DNA of 63,227 nucleotides from Octopus bimaculoides. Lineage: Eukaryota. The notes beneath the pieces were generated by a model, which ran no database searches, was not told the origin of the DNA, and saw nothing but the letters and a program-made list of their open reading frames with translations. This document shows positions 52,504 through 63,227 of this stretch, in pieces. A program made the position numbers and the translations under genes. Location: contig NC_069001.1 in assembly GCF_001194135.2 (NCBI RefSeq), forward strand, positions 21,954,895 through 22,018,121. Direction: 5' to 3'. Every line of letters starts with the position of its first letter. The stretch's first letter is position 1.

Positions 52504-52521
52504 ATCCCACTTCTGACACCA
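52504..52521 (-). promoter_or_regulatory. Primer-binding site, tRNA-Leu
   Basis: TGGTGTCAGAAGTGGGAT is complementary to the tRNA-Leu 3' end ATCCCACTTCTGACACCA. Confidence 0.85.
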
Positions 52522-52524
52522 ATT

Positions 52525-53597
52525 TGTTACGAACGCCCGCACGCGAAGCACCTCCTTAACCGAAGAGAGAACTCGCGCGCACGCGAACGTCGAACGCTCA
52601 GTGAGTTAGCAGGTCGCCTCGGTCACCTGACCAATAATAAACCCCGACCGGAGCACGTAACGAAGAACAACACAGGCAAAAGGAGGGGGAGGAAGAAACA
52701 ACACGAAGACCATGCGTTGGGTAACCTTTTCTTTTTACATAACATCAAACACATGAAAATAAAGCATTACATAAACATGAGAATACATTTCAAAACATTA
52801 CATAACAGTTCAATAGCATATAATGGTGTGACATTGCGTGAACATAATCAAGGGTTTGCAATCATTAAGTCCATCAAAAGTTCTTTCTGTTCTTTCTTTT
52901 CTTCGTTTTCTCTTTTCAGTTACACATCACAGTTAACAGTCTTTTTCTTTAAACATCAAAGAAATACATTTCTTGGAAGAATATTTGTAACAAACCTTTG
53001 CTGTACTCAATTCCTTTCTTTCACAAAACTCACTATATCCAAGTAACCAAGTACTTCCCTTTTTGCCTGCTTCAACAGTTCCCTCTCTCTGTCTGTCTCT
53101 CTCTCTGAGACTCTATGCATTTCTGCTGACTATAGCTTTCTCTCTCTCAGACTTATCATTCTTCACTTCATCTCTGTACAACTCCTTCGGACGACCGCTA
53201 CCACTCGACTGGCCCCTTCTCCTCGGGAAAACTGCTGTCCCCAACTGCTTCGGCTGACTCCTACCACTCGACTTGCACCAAATCCTCCGGCCAACTGCTC
53301 CGGCTGACTGCTTCCCGCCAATTCCTGTTCTCCTCTCCTATTCATCCCAAATGCCATAGCTCATAGTGTTACTTTACCCCCTCCCAAAGCTGGGTCGGTT
53401 CGGTACAATTCCTGTCCTGCCTTTTTTTAACTTTCGCTGACCGGAAAGGGGCAGCGATCACTCCTACGCTAAAAATAGCTGTGGTTGCTGACAAGACAAA
53501 GGAAATACCATTGTCCCCAACTGACCAGAGTACGGGTTCAAAACCCATCCCGGGAGATAGGGATATAACGCTAATTGTATTTTCGGTGGTCGCATCA
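52525..53597 (-). repeat. 5' LTR (~1.07 kb, TG...CA)
   Basis: On the minus strand it begins TGATGCGA and ends TCGTAACA, 3 nt before the PBS. Confidence 0.85.
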
Positions 53598-53820
53598 ATA
53601 TATATATATATGTATATATATCTATCTATCTATCTATCTATCTATCTNNNNNNNNNNNNNNNNNNNNNNNNNNNNNNNNNNNNNNNNNNNNNNNNNNNNN
53701 NNNNNNNNNNNNNNNNNNNNNNNNNNNNNNNNNNNNNNNNNNNNNNNNNNNNNNNNNNNNNNNNNNNNNNNNNNNNNNNNNNNNNNNNNNNNNNNNNNNN
53801 NNNNNNNNNNNNNNNNNNNN

Positions 53821-53880
53821 AGGCGTAGTTGTGCAGTAAGTAGTTTGCTGTCCATGTGGTTCTGGGTTCAGTCCCACTTC
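53821..53880 (+). mobile_element. SINE family C head fragment
   Basis: GGCGTAGTTGTGCAGTAAGTAGTTTGCT...GGTTCTGGGTTCAGTCCCACT. Confidence 0.65.
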
Positions 53881-53884
53881 TTGG

Positions 53885-54195
53885 CTACCTCGTTGTGGAA
53901 TATTTTATAACTCGCTGCTAATTTGCTCTCGGCCACTTAATCTTTGTCTTCTTCACGCCTATCACCCTTTTTGAATGTTCCAATTCAACTGTGGAATGAA
54001 CCTCGCTCTGGTCATTTTCCAGGAGGTTCTGGCCACATGTCTTATGGTTTATCAACCAGCGTTGTTGAATTACTTTCTTCTGACATACCTTCCCTTGGTG
54101 GATTCTCAGCCCGATGTAACTAGCAAATACCTTTCCGCAGCAGCTGAATTCCTCATCTACCATTCCTTTACCGCTTCCTTTCCCATTATCCATTG
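53885..54195 (-). mobile_element. R2/Hero-like non-LTR retrotransposon N-terminal fragment
   Basis: ORF 53918-54193 contains the zinc finger CCGKVFASYIGLRIHQGKVC and the motif KIKWPRAN, typical of the N-terminus of RLE-clade elements. Confidence 0.6.
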
Positions 54196-54689
54196 TTTTT
54201 TATACCAATATTCATGTGGTATCCAACTGAAGAACAAGTGAATTGGATGTTTAACATGTCGGATGTTTAACATGTCGGATGTTTAACACACCCCTTTGAA
54301 GGATTTAATTATAATCACGAATAGGTTATCTTGGTGACTGCCCCTAGTTACAATATAAGCAATAAGAAGTGCCTTTTTGTTTCAGTGAGAAAGTATTTAT
54401 TTTAATGGCTACATTTCCTTTACTTAACCTGAGGGATGAAAAATATTTCTTGCCTACATAAAAACAAATATGTATTTACTAGATATAAATGATTTTTTTT
54501 ATTATAGATATAATTAATAGGCTGCCATTTTGATACTTCATAATAGATATCTTAAACTATTGAAAAGTAAATTGACAACTCTCATAATTATAATAATAAT
54601 AATATAAATAGAATTTAATTCATCTTTCCTCATTCTAAAGATGTGAGAATACAATTAAGAACTTATTGATGATATATCTAGGTCCCTAT

Positions 54690-54697
54690 ACATATAG

Positions 54698-54777
<80 letters not shown>

Positions 54778-55360
54778 CAGAGAGAGAGAGAGAGTATGTG
54801 TATGTGTGTGTGTGTGTGTATGTGTGTGAGTGTGTGTGTCTGTATAAATGGATAAGTGTATATCTTAGTATAGATATTTACTTATTTGTTTATTTATGTG
54901 AAAGTCTTTGTATAGATATGACGGTGTATATATCTGAAATGATATGTATCTAGGTATATATAAGGGAGTATATATATGTGTAGCTGTATTGATATGCATA
55001 TGTATGTATATATATATATATAAATATATATAAATATGTATGTTTATGTAGGTACATATGGGTAGATGTATAGCAGTTTATGAGTATGCATATGTATATA
55101 TGTAAGACGTGTGTATGTGTGTACATATGAATATGTGTGTGTGTGGATGTGTATGTGGATATATACATGTCTATGGGTATGTACGTATATATGTATATAA
55201 GGTTAAGGATGTGCATATGTATATGTGCATGGGTGTATATATGTATATCTATATGTATGCATATATACATATATATGTGCATGATGTTGTATATGCATAT
55301 GTATATGTGTGTATATGTATACATGTATATGCATATATGGTGTATGTGTATATATATATC
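54690..55360. repeat. Degenerate (TA)/(TG) microsatellite field
   Basis: Low-complexity alternating purine-pyrimidine sequence. Confidence 0.9.
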
Positions 55361-55363
55361 TGC

Positions 55364-55548
55364 AAATAATATGTGACAGTTATTGGGTAGCCATGATAAA
55401 ACACCGAGTTTCGGATGTCGGGGCGGAAACCCACGCCGCCATCTCTTCAGTAATCTGGCCATCCAAGAGATGGCGACGCAGGTTTCCGCCCCGACATCCG
55501 ACGCTCGGAGTTTTATCATGGCTACCGAATAATTATCACATATTATTT
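55364..55548. mobile_element. 185-bp near-perfect hairpin element (MITE-like)
   Basis: The arm AAATAATATGTGA...GGTAGCCATGATAAAAC...CGGATGTCGGGGCGGAAACC...GCCATCTCTT and its reverse complement enclose a ~16-nt loop. Confidence 0.88.
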
Positions 55549-55820
55549 AAAGATAAATTCCTCTATTTACATAATATCGATCTATCTTTCTTTCTTTTGT
55601 TGTCTTACCTTTTCTATCAATATATATATATGCGTGTCTATGTGTATTTATGTATGTTTTTTGTTTTGTGTATATGTATCGATACGTATATATATGCGAG
55701 TGAAGGAATAATGTGCTATATATGAGGATATTGTATATTTATCTCATTTAGAATATATAGATGTGTATATAAGTATGTATGTATGTATATGTGTATGTAT
55801 ATGTATATATGTATATTGTT

Positions 55821-55876
<56 letters not shown>

Positions 55877-56263
55877 TTATATATATATACATACAGTGAT
55901 GTATTTATGTATAAGTATGTATATGTGTGCAGAAAATATATATATATGCGTGTTTGTGTGTATATATATATGTGTATATGTAAGAGTGACGGCTGGATAG
56001 AAATTAAAACAATAAATTACTTTAAATTGGTATTATTTCGGTTTTGATGCATATATACATTTTATTTTTCTATGTCCGTATAGAGTTGGTTACGTTTCTC
56101 GTTTTCTTTTATAAGTATATCTGATTAAGGAAATAATGGCGTTTATATGTATAATAGTCTTTCTATAACATCTCTTACGTGACCCCAGCCTTCATATAAC
56201 ATTCAAACAGCAACGTATTGTGAACTTTACTCCATTTTGCTCTTGTGTTTACTTTTGGATCAG

Positions 56264-57520
56264 TCAGGAGAGCGCAACCGGGTGGAGCCTATTGCTCTTT
56301 GCTGATTGGAAATCGAGGTGGTCAGCACTGCTCCAAATGAGTATGAAGCGGTGACAAGAGCAATGATCAACCAAGAGAAGTCGGTGGGCCTGCAGCACGG
56401 CACCTGGAGATATCGGTGTAAAGCACTGGATGGAAGGACCGGTTAAATTCCTCGGGGTCTGGTTTGGTCCAGACCACCAGATGGACAAGACGTCCGTCGT
56501 CTACTACCATCTGACCGTCGTCCCTTGGCCTACTTCGTGCCTGATAAAGTTGGAGCGCTTGCTTTTCCACTTTCTATGGAAGGGACGTGTTCCGATTGTC
56601 AAATGGTCCATCTGCTGTCAACAGCCGCTGAGTGGAGGACTAGGTATACCGTGGTTAATGAGGCACCGACATGCGCTGAGGCTGCGACTCATTAGCGTTT
56701 CCTTAACGGTGAGCAGGTGTGATCACCGTTCGTCAAAAGGGAATTCCCTCAGCTCGTCTCATTCATGGAACTACAGTCCTGGGTCATGTGCAAACCAAGA
56801 AAAGACGCTTGGCACCTAGAGTGCCGGCAAGCCATTACGGCCGTCTGCCAATCAAACAACGCGATCGATGGAAGTTCCACCGCAGAGTTCTATAGAGGAT
56901 TAGTGGAGGGAAAGGGTGAGGATGTAGTAGAGGAAACACTGAGCGTCGAGAGGGATCAAGTAACTGGTCTATTTCGGAGGACTTTCGAGCCAGAGCCTAT
57001 GGATAACTTCCAGAAATCCTTGGCCTGGAAGTGCTACCGGGAAGTTATGCATGTTCGAGACAAGCTCTACAGACAAAGAAGTGCTATCGGACGGACCTAT
57101 CCGAGGCACACGCAGGGCGATAAAACCGTCATGCATGCACTCGTCAAGTATCCGTGCATCACTGACCTGTGGAGCTTTGTCGAACAGCTGTTGCCACGTG
57201 TAAGACAGATCTAGTTACCAGCCGAGTCCTTTGTGAGGATCGGCCTACCGCCTTCTCTTGGCCGGGAGTGGAAGGCAGTTTTCCTTTGCCTCGTGGCTAT
57301 TGCGAAAGAGGTAGTGTGGTGGATGAGGTTGAAAGGACTGAAGATGGACACTTCCCTCTTCGGCCGAGCCCTCATCGACTCTTTCAAGTTCCATTTGAAA
57401 AAGAAAGTGAGGATAGAGAGGAAAGTACGGCCCACACCCAAATGAGTTTGTTGGAACGTGGATGAATGACGCAAAAATGGTTCGTGTGAATGGCTCTACT
57501 CTGAATAGTCGTCTGTAAGC
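56264..57520 (+). mobile_element. Tx1-like LINE, 5'-truncated second copy (RT C-terminal half to stop)
   Basis: YEAVTRAMINQEKSVGL, EGPVKFLGVWFGPD, KLERLLFHFLWKG, LAWKCYREVMHVRDKLY, FHLKKKVRIERK; collinear with 24250-25220. Confidence 0.9.
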
Positions 57521-57559
57521 CGGTAACTGAATCAGGGAAATTATTATTATTATTATTAT

Positions 57560-57680
57560 TCTTTCATCTTTTCAGAGTCGATAAATGAAGTACATGAGTA
57601 CTTGGGTCGATGGAATTGACTAGTCTCCTTCCCCAAAATTTCAGGTGATGTGCCTATAGTAGAAAGGATTTTTAATATTA
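57560..57680 (+). mobile_element. SINE family A, 3' part
   Basis: CTTTCATCTTTTCAGAGTCGATAAA...CCTATAGTAGAAAGGATT. Confidence 0.75.
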
Positions 57681-57689
57681 TTATTGAAT

Positions 57690-58235
57690 GAGTGAGCAAT
57701 GCATGCCATCGCCGTAACACTGGGGTGAACTATACAAAGCCCAATATACCCATCATGACTACCCGTCTGATAAGGGTACTGCCGGCACACGAATCACAAT
57801 CTTATGTGAACGACAAGGTGATTTCATATCAAGATAAACAGCGCATGGCCTTGCAGGTGAGGTCGAGTTGGAACTTTCTTCAGGTCGAGTAGCCCATCCT
57901 GCTTAAAAGGTCTCTGAATAAGGGTTGTTTAAGGATGTTGAACGAAAAAAAAACCATGTTTCCAGAGGTGAACTATCCAAACTCCAAAGAATTCCTCTCA
58001 ATACATGGCTATGATGCTCCTCTACTACTTCTGCTCATGATCAGAGATGCACATATCGTCAGCCACCAAGGGACATGCTCAACTGGTTAAGATCAAACAA
58101 CTGACACGCAAATCAGTGGTGTTGAGTAGAATATTAGCTGTAGCCCATCTTTTATACCAAGGCAAAACAATGTACATAATTACACTTCCAATCAGTTCAG
58201 ATCAGAAGCCATGAGAGCTACTGTTTGGTACTGCT
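57690..58235. repeat. Unclassified interspersed repeat (probably LINE UTR-derived) adjoining (CAT)n
   Basis: Higher-GC non-coding block bounded by a SINE and (CAT)n at 58236-58320. It resembles an abundant octopus repeat as recalled; there is no second copy in the window. Confidence 0.4.
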
Positions 58236-58297
<62 letters not shown>

Positions 58298-58331
58298 TAT
58301 CATCATCATCATTATTATTATTATTGACGTT

Positions 58332-58440
58332 CTTATTAACCCCTTTCGGGAACGATAAAATAAGCACCATTGGAGTCGATGTCATCGATTCATCCCCTCC
58401 TCCCAAATTGCTGCCCTTGTAGCAAAATTTGAAATCATTA
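58332..58440 (+). mobile_element. SINE family A, 3' part
   Basis: CCTTTCGGGAACGATAAAATAAGCACC...GGAGTCGATGTCATCGA...AAATTTGAAATCATT. Confidence 0.75.
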
Positions 58441-59544
58441 TTATTACTATCACTATAATGTAGAGTAGCTGAAGAGCATAAGAAACATACTAAGTCGTAT
58501 TTTTCCTAGTTTCAAATAGCAAATACCACAATCATATATTTTTTACTTTTCTAGTGGATCTGTAGTCAATTGTTTTTTGCTTCTGTAGACTGTTTTCAAA
58601 GCTAAAAATAACAATGATTATTATTATCGTTGTGAGAAATGTTTTAAGTCATTCCCAAGCTGCTTTCATCTCCATTCATGACTTGTATGTTCTCGTAATG
58701 TTTTGTTTTCTGATATAAACTACAGACGGTGGCGTAATATTGTGGCTTAAAACGATTCCTGAAAAAACATTAAACAGAAGAACGTTTAAAAGTGACTATC
58801 ATATACTCTTGTATTTGTCACTTCATTATCAGTCGAACAATAATACCCTGATCAAATGGAATAAATGATTTTATACTTGAAATTAAAAAATAAATGTATT
58901 TATTAAGAAAGGAAGTTACCGCTTGTCTTTCTCTAATCATGAATATTGTTCATAGAAATATATTTCCTTTTTTTCACTTCTAGTGTTTTTCAAATACAAG
59001 CTGTGATTAATTTTCACAACTTATTAACAAACTGGAAATTTCCCTATAGACTATAATTTTCTTCCCCATATTATCTTGTTCACTTCAAGGAAACGTTTAT
59101 TTATATAGATTTTTTTTGTTACTATTATATTGTTTTTCTTGTAACATCGGCTTGTTCATTGATGCAAGAAACATTTAATATGCTTAATTAACTTGTGGAT
59201 GAAAAAGAGTCCCATAAGTTAAATTGTAATAATAAAGACCTTGAGGAATATACACAAGAGAGATAAGGTGCTATTAATACTGTTAATTACACGTTAATGT
59301 TTTCAAATTTAAACAAATATAAAATCTAAAAGATACAATAGAGTAAAAGACAAAGCCAACATCTTTATAAATATTGAACCAATATTATATTTGATTTAAA
59401 GTTGATGCCAAAATCTCTGCAACTATAAGTATCATATCAAACCGCTCCTGCAATGTGATACGAAAGAAATATCTATATTTATAATATAACTTATACATAC
59501 ATACATACATACATGCATACATATTTTAGTCGTTGCATAAAATC

Positions 59545-59975
59545 TAAAGAAAATACCTACGCTAAACTATGGAGGGATTTATAGCTACTCTATCCAGATT
59601 ACAAGTTCATATTTATACCTGTAATTATTGGGACACTGCCTAAATGCCAATCTTGAGGGATTAGGCTTCTCATAACCAGAAAGTGGAAAGCTGATTCGAA
59701 AACTACAGATCGAAGCTATCGCAAGAACTGTAAAAACCTCTAAAACTTTCCAGAAATTTATCATTTATGTATATAAGAGCATATTTAGACATACTATATG
59801 CACAAGAATACATACATAAAACAAAACATACAAATCTGCACATATACATACATACAAATTACCCTGTTGATGCTGTGGGAATTCCAATGAAGGAGCCTTG
59901 GATCTGGGATAGAACCCGGCTCTTTCTCTATTGGTAAGAAATCTTGAAATAAAACTGAATAATGAAATACATACA
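59545..59975 (+). mobile_element. R4/Dong-like LINE 3' tip, second copy
   Basis: TYAKLWRDL.LLYPDYKF.FIPVIIG.L...LEGLGFS...KLIRKLQI...TVK..KTFQKF, then UTR CCGGCTCTTTCTCTATTGGTAAGAAAT matching 8300-8345, ending in (CATA)n. Confidence 0.8.
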
Positions 59976-60699
59976 TACCAGCAGGCATGCATCCATCCAT
60001 CCGCTCATACACACACTCATACACACACTAATACATACATACATACATAATGGCGAGCGTTGTGGTCAATCCGATACTCGAACGTGGATAATTACTGCTC
60101 ATATGAAAGCAAGATTGGAAAAGTTGAGCTACAGAGTGAGATGAGATTACATATGAATATTTCTACATAAGTATTTCAAATATTGCTTATATTGAAGCAT
60201 ATCTATATAAATGTTACATACATCTCAACACATGTATATGAACACAATACTGTAACGTTACACGCATGAAAGAAATAAACCAAGTAACGTTTGAAAATAA
60301 TTCACGAAAAAAGAGAAGAAAAACAAATCAAACATCGCTCAATATGTACGCTTAAAGACGATTTCAGAAATACAAACAACGCAAAAGAAAGATTACCCAA
60401 GCTGTGCCCAACCTTGAATTTAATTCTGACAAGATTTCGTCGAAACTTTTAAAGGTCGTTATATATTTTAAAAAACAAATACAAGTGTCAGTGAATTGAT
60501 AAAGTCATCATGAATAGAAATAAGTCTCTATAAAAATAAGTCTCTTTCGACTAAATTGTGACTACAATCACTGTATACAATAGACCTACAATCTTACAGA
60601 TTTATATGAAGCATATATACAATCTGACCCCTAAACGTTAGATTTTATCAAAGGCTAAAATATTTAAATGAATAAGCAAAACATGTTTTTAGATGTAAC

Positions 60700-60760
60700 A
60701 GGCAGTGAGCTGGCAGAAACGTTAGCACGCCGGATGAAATGCTTAGCGGTATTTCGTTTG
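60700..60760 (+). mobile_element. SINE family A head only
   Basis: GGCAGTGAGCTGGCAGAAACGTTAGCACGCCGGATGAAATGCTTAGCGGTATTTCG. Confidence 0.8.
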
Positions 60761-60957
60761 CATTAACAAGTGATCTGGAATGATCTGATTCAGTCGGTCT
60801 AGAAACTTAACGCGAATGACAAGCAATACAACATCGGTATAAATGTGTGAAAATTTTCACAGGAAGTGTGACGTTACCTCTCACCCAAATGTTTTTGCTC
60901 ACGCGGCATTAGTTTGGGTAGGAAAAAATATAGTCGTACACTTTCTGAATGCACCTC

Positions 60958-60988
<31 letters not shown>

Positions 60989-62063
60989 TGTATGTATGTA
61001 TGTATGTTAGGATCCACAATGAGCAGAACTTACTTGCAGGTATTGGTAGTGCAAATCAGAGGTGCAATCTGTGTGGGTGTTTTTTCAAAACACTGNNNNN
61101 NNNNNNNNNNNNNNNNNNNNNNNNNNNNNNNNNNNNNNNNNNNNNNNNNNNNNNNNNNNNNNNNNNNNNNNNNNNNNNNNNNNNNNNNNNNNNNNNNNNN
61201 NNNNNNNNNNNNNNNNNNNNNNNNNNNNNNNNNNNNNNNNNNNNNNNNNNNNNNNNNNNNNNNNNNNNNNNNNNNNNNNNNNNNNNNNNNNNNNNNNNNN
61301 NNNNNNNNNNNNNNNNNNNNNNNNNNNNNNNNNNNNNNNNNNNNNNNNNNNNNNNNNNNNNNNNNNNNNNNNNNNNNNNNNNNNNNNNNNNNNNNNNNNN
61401 NNNNNNNNNNNNNNNNNNNNNNNNNNNNNNNNNNNNNNNNNNNNNNNNNNNNNNNNNNNNNNNNNNNNNNNNNNNNNNNNNNNNNNNNNNNNNNNNNNNN
61501 NNNNNNNNNNNNNNNNNNNNNNNNNNNNNNNNNNNNNNNNNNNNNNNNNNNNNNNNNNNNNNNNNNNNNNNNNNNNNNNNNNNNNNNNNNNNNNNNNNNN
61601 NNNNNNNNNNNNNNNNNNNNNNNNNNNNNNNNNNNNNNNNNNNNNNNNNNNNNNNNNNNNNNNNNNNNNNNNNNNNNNNNNNNNNNNNNNNNNNNNNNNN
61701 NNNNNNNNNNNNNNNNNNNNNNNNNNNNNNNNNNNNNNNNNNNNNNNNNNNNNNNNNNNNNNNNNNNNNNNNNNNNNNNNNNNNNNNNNNNNNNNNNNNN
61801 NNNNNNNNNNNNNNNNNNNNNNNNNNNNNNNNNNNNNNNNNNNNNNNNNNNNNNNNNNNNNNNNNNNNNNNNNNNNNNNNNNNNNNNNNNNNNNNNNNNN
61901 NNNNNNNNNNNNNNNNNNNNNNNNNNNNNNNNNNNNNNNNNNNNNNNNNNNNNNNNNNNNNNNNNNNNNNNNNNNNNNNNNNNNNNNNNNNNNNNNNNNN
62001 NNNNNNNNNNNNNNNNNNNNNNNNNNNNNNNNNNNNNNNNNNNNNNNNNNNNNNNNNNNNNNN

Positions 62064-62103
<40 letters not shown>

Positions 62104-62175
62104 TGTTAAACTGTTAATTCCTACATATTTTTCTCTCACTTCGTTTTTTATTTTTCCCTCTCCATTTTTGCCCTC

Positions 62176-62260
62176 TCAGTCCTTTCTGTCGAATAGCGTA
62201 GGCTCGAAAAGTCAATGACTTTTTCATTCTTCCCGAGCGGCAAACTAATACATCACCTTC
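62176..62260 (+). ncRNA. Minimal type I hammerhead-ribozyme-like motif (variant core)
   Basis: AGTCCTTT-CTGTCGA-AT-AGC-GTAG-GCT-C-GAAA-A-GTC-AATGACT. Confidence 0.5.
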
Positions 62261-62320
62261 TTCTTCCCTCACCTGTCTTTGTGTTTTGTTTTGTGTAAAT
62301 TTGAACTCCATATGTGTATA

Positions 62321-62722
62321 TAGTAATAGAATTCATATTTTCTGATCTGTATCTGCTATCATTGGTTTCACGCACACATGTGTACGGTTTTCAGGCGAAT
62401 TACTAATTCAGTTATGTCGAAGGGTTTAGATAAAGTCTACACCTGCAGTGTTCATGCTTTTCCAGTTGGAAGATTCCATTCCCCATATTTCATTAAGCGA
62501 ATTACAATTAACATTTAAGAGAGGACTATAGTTAATTGCCATTTGATTAATGCATTATCGGGAAATGAATCTTCCAGCTAGAAAAGCATGAACACTGCAG
62601 GTTTAGACTTTATTTGAACCCTTCGGTATAAGTAAATTAGTCATTCGCCTGAAAATCTTACATATGTGTGCGTGAAACCAGTGGTAGCAGATACAGCTAA
62701 GAAAATATGAATTACATTACTA
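62321..62722. mobile_element. ~400-bp fold-back MITE with TA at both ends
   Basis: TAGTAATAGAATTCATATTTTC...GGTTTCACGCACACAT...CTGCAGTGTTCATGCTTTTC is mirrored by GAAAAGCATGAACACTGCAG...ATGTGTGCGTGAAACC...GAAAATATGAATTACATTACTA. Confidence 0.88.
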
Positions 62723-62904
62723 ATAGACTCTCATGAGATTGAGTACTTTGGTGTTGACCATCTTTTATATTTATATATATTCTATTCAACACACATGCGC
62801 ACACACACATGCAAGACTTGTACATGACTATTTCTTTTTACAGTAATACACAGCATATTACAATGAGGTATACAATTGTAAAATAGAAATAGTAGTCTCT
62901 ATAC

Positions 62905-62946
62905 TAATTATTATTATTGTTATTATTATTATTATTATTATTGTTG

Positions 62947-62982
<36 letters not shown>
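62905..62982. repeat. (TTA)n/(TTG)n microsatellite
   Basis: Direct reading of the sequence. Confidence 0.9.
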
Positions 62983-62984
<2 letters not shown>

Positions 62985-63227
62985 TAGTTTTATTTTTATA
63001 ACGTGCTTTCACTTCACTACCGAGCGCAGCTCTGTGCGCCTTGGTTATGTGCTGTGGTTTGCTGTGGTGCTCTTATGTTTACTGTATTGAAAGTGTTTTG
63101 CGTAGAATGTGTGCAGTACCCAGTAGTGCAATTTTCTGTATGTTATATATATTTGTAAGTCCTGGTATTTTTGTTATGTATTTGTCTGAATATTTTTTTT
63201 ATTATACCTAAGGCACCTACTATGATA

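Larger units (their letters stand above)
50104..53597 (-). mobile_element. Ty3/Gypsy LTR retrotransposon derivative: 5' LTR, PBS, gag, protease, (gap), IN tail, PPT, partial 3' LTR
   Basis: Direct repeats at 50104-50513 and ~53205-53597 both start TGATGCGACC on the minus strand. PBS and PPT are present, with Gag knuckles and a protease-like motif between them. Confidence 0.92.

Noticed and set aside
54245-54290. GGATGTTTAACATGTC x3
   Set aside because: A short local tandem duplication with no spacers; not CRISPR-like and no functional cue.
60914-62218. Long ORFs of 347-434 aa, and similar ORFs at 15988-18593 and 53481-53910
   Set aside because: They run through N gaps and simple repeats and are artefacts of ORF calling.

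Overview
Eukaryotic, AT-rich, microsatellite-dense non-coding DNA from a gapped short-read assembly. The SINE families and overall repeat landscape suggest a cephalopod (Octopus-like); this is an inference from recalled repeat families, not a search result. No intact host protein-coding gene is supported. Nearly all informative ORFs are decayed transposon fragments: two Penelope-like elements (RT, GIY-YIG), a near full-length Tx1/L1-clade LINE plus a second 3' copy, R4/Dong-like, RTE and R2/Hero-like LINE fragments, a Ty3/Gypsy LTR element with two LTR copies and a tRNA-Leu PBS, two mariner elements, a Chapaev3-like DNA transposon, two probable hAT relics and many tRNA-derived SINEs. The most unusual observations are: (i) a 722-bp fold-back element whose centre is (TTAGGG)n-hairpin-(CCCTAA)n; (ii) several minimal hammerhead-ribozyme-like motifs in Penelope-associated non-coding repeats; (iii) a 748-bp non-coding unit with ~95-bp terminal direct repeats; (iv) a young Gypsy derivative with its capsid core removed in frame and RT/RNaseH/IN apparently missing; (v) several long fold-back palindromes. 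Translations and alignments were done by eye and coordinates of degenerate elements are approximate.
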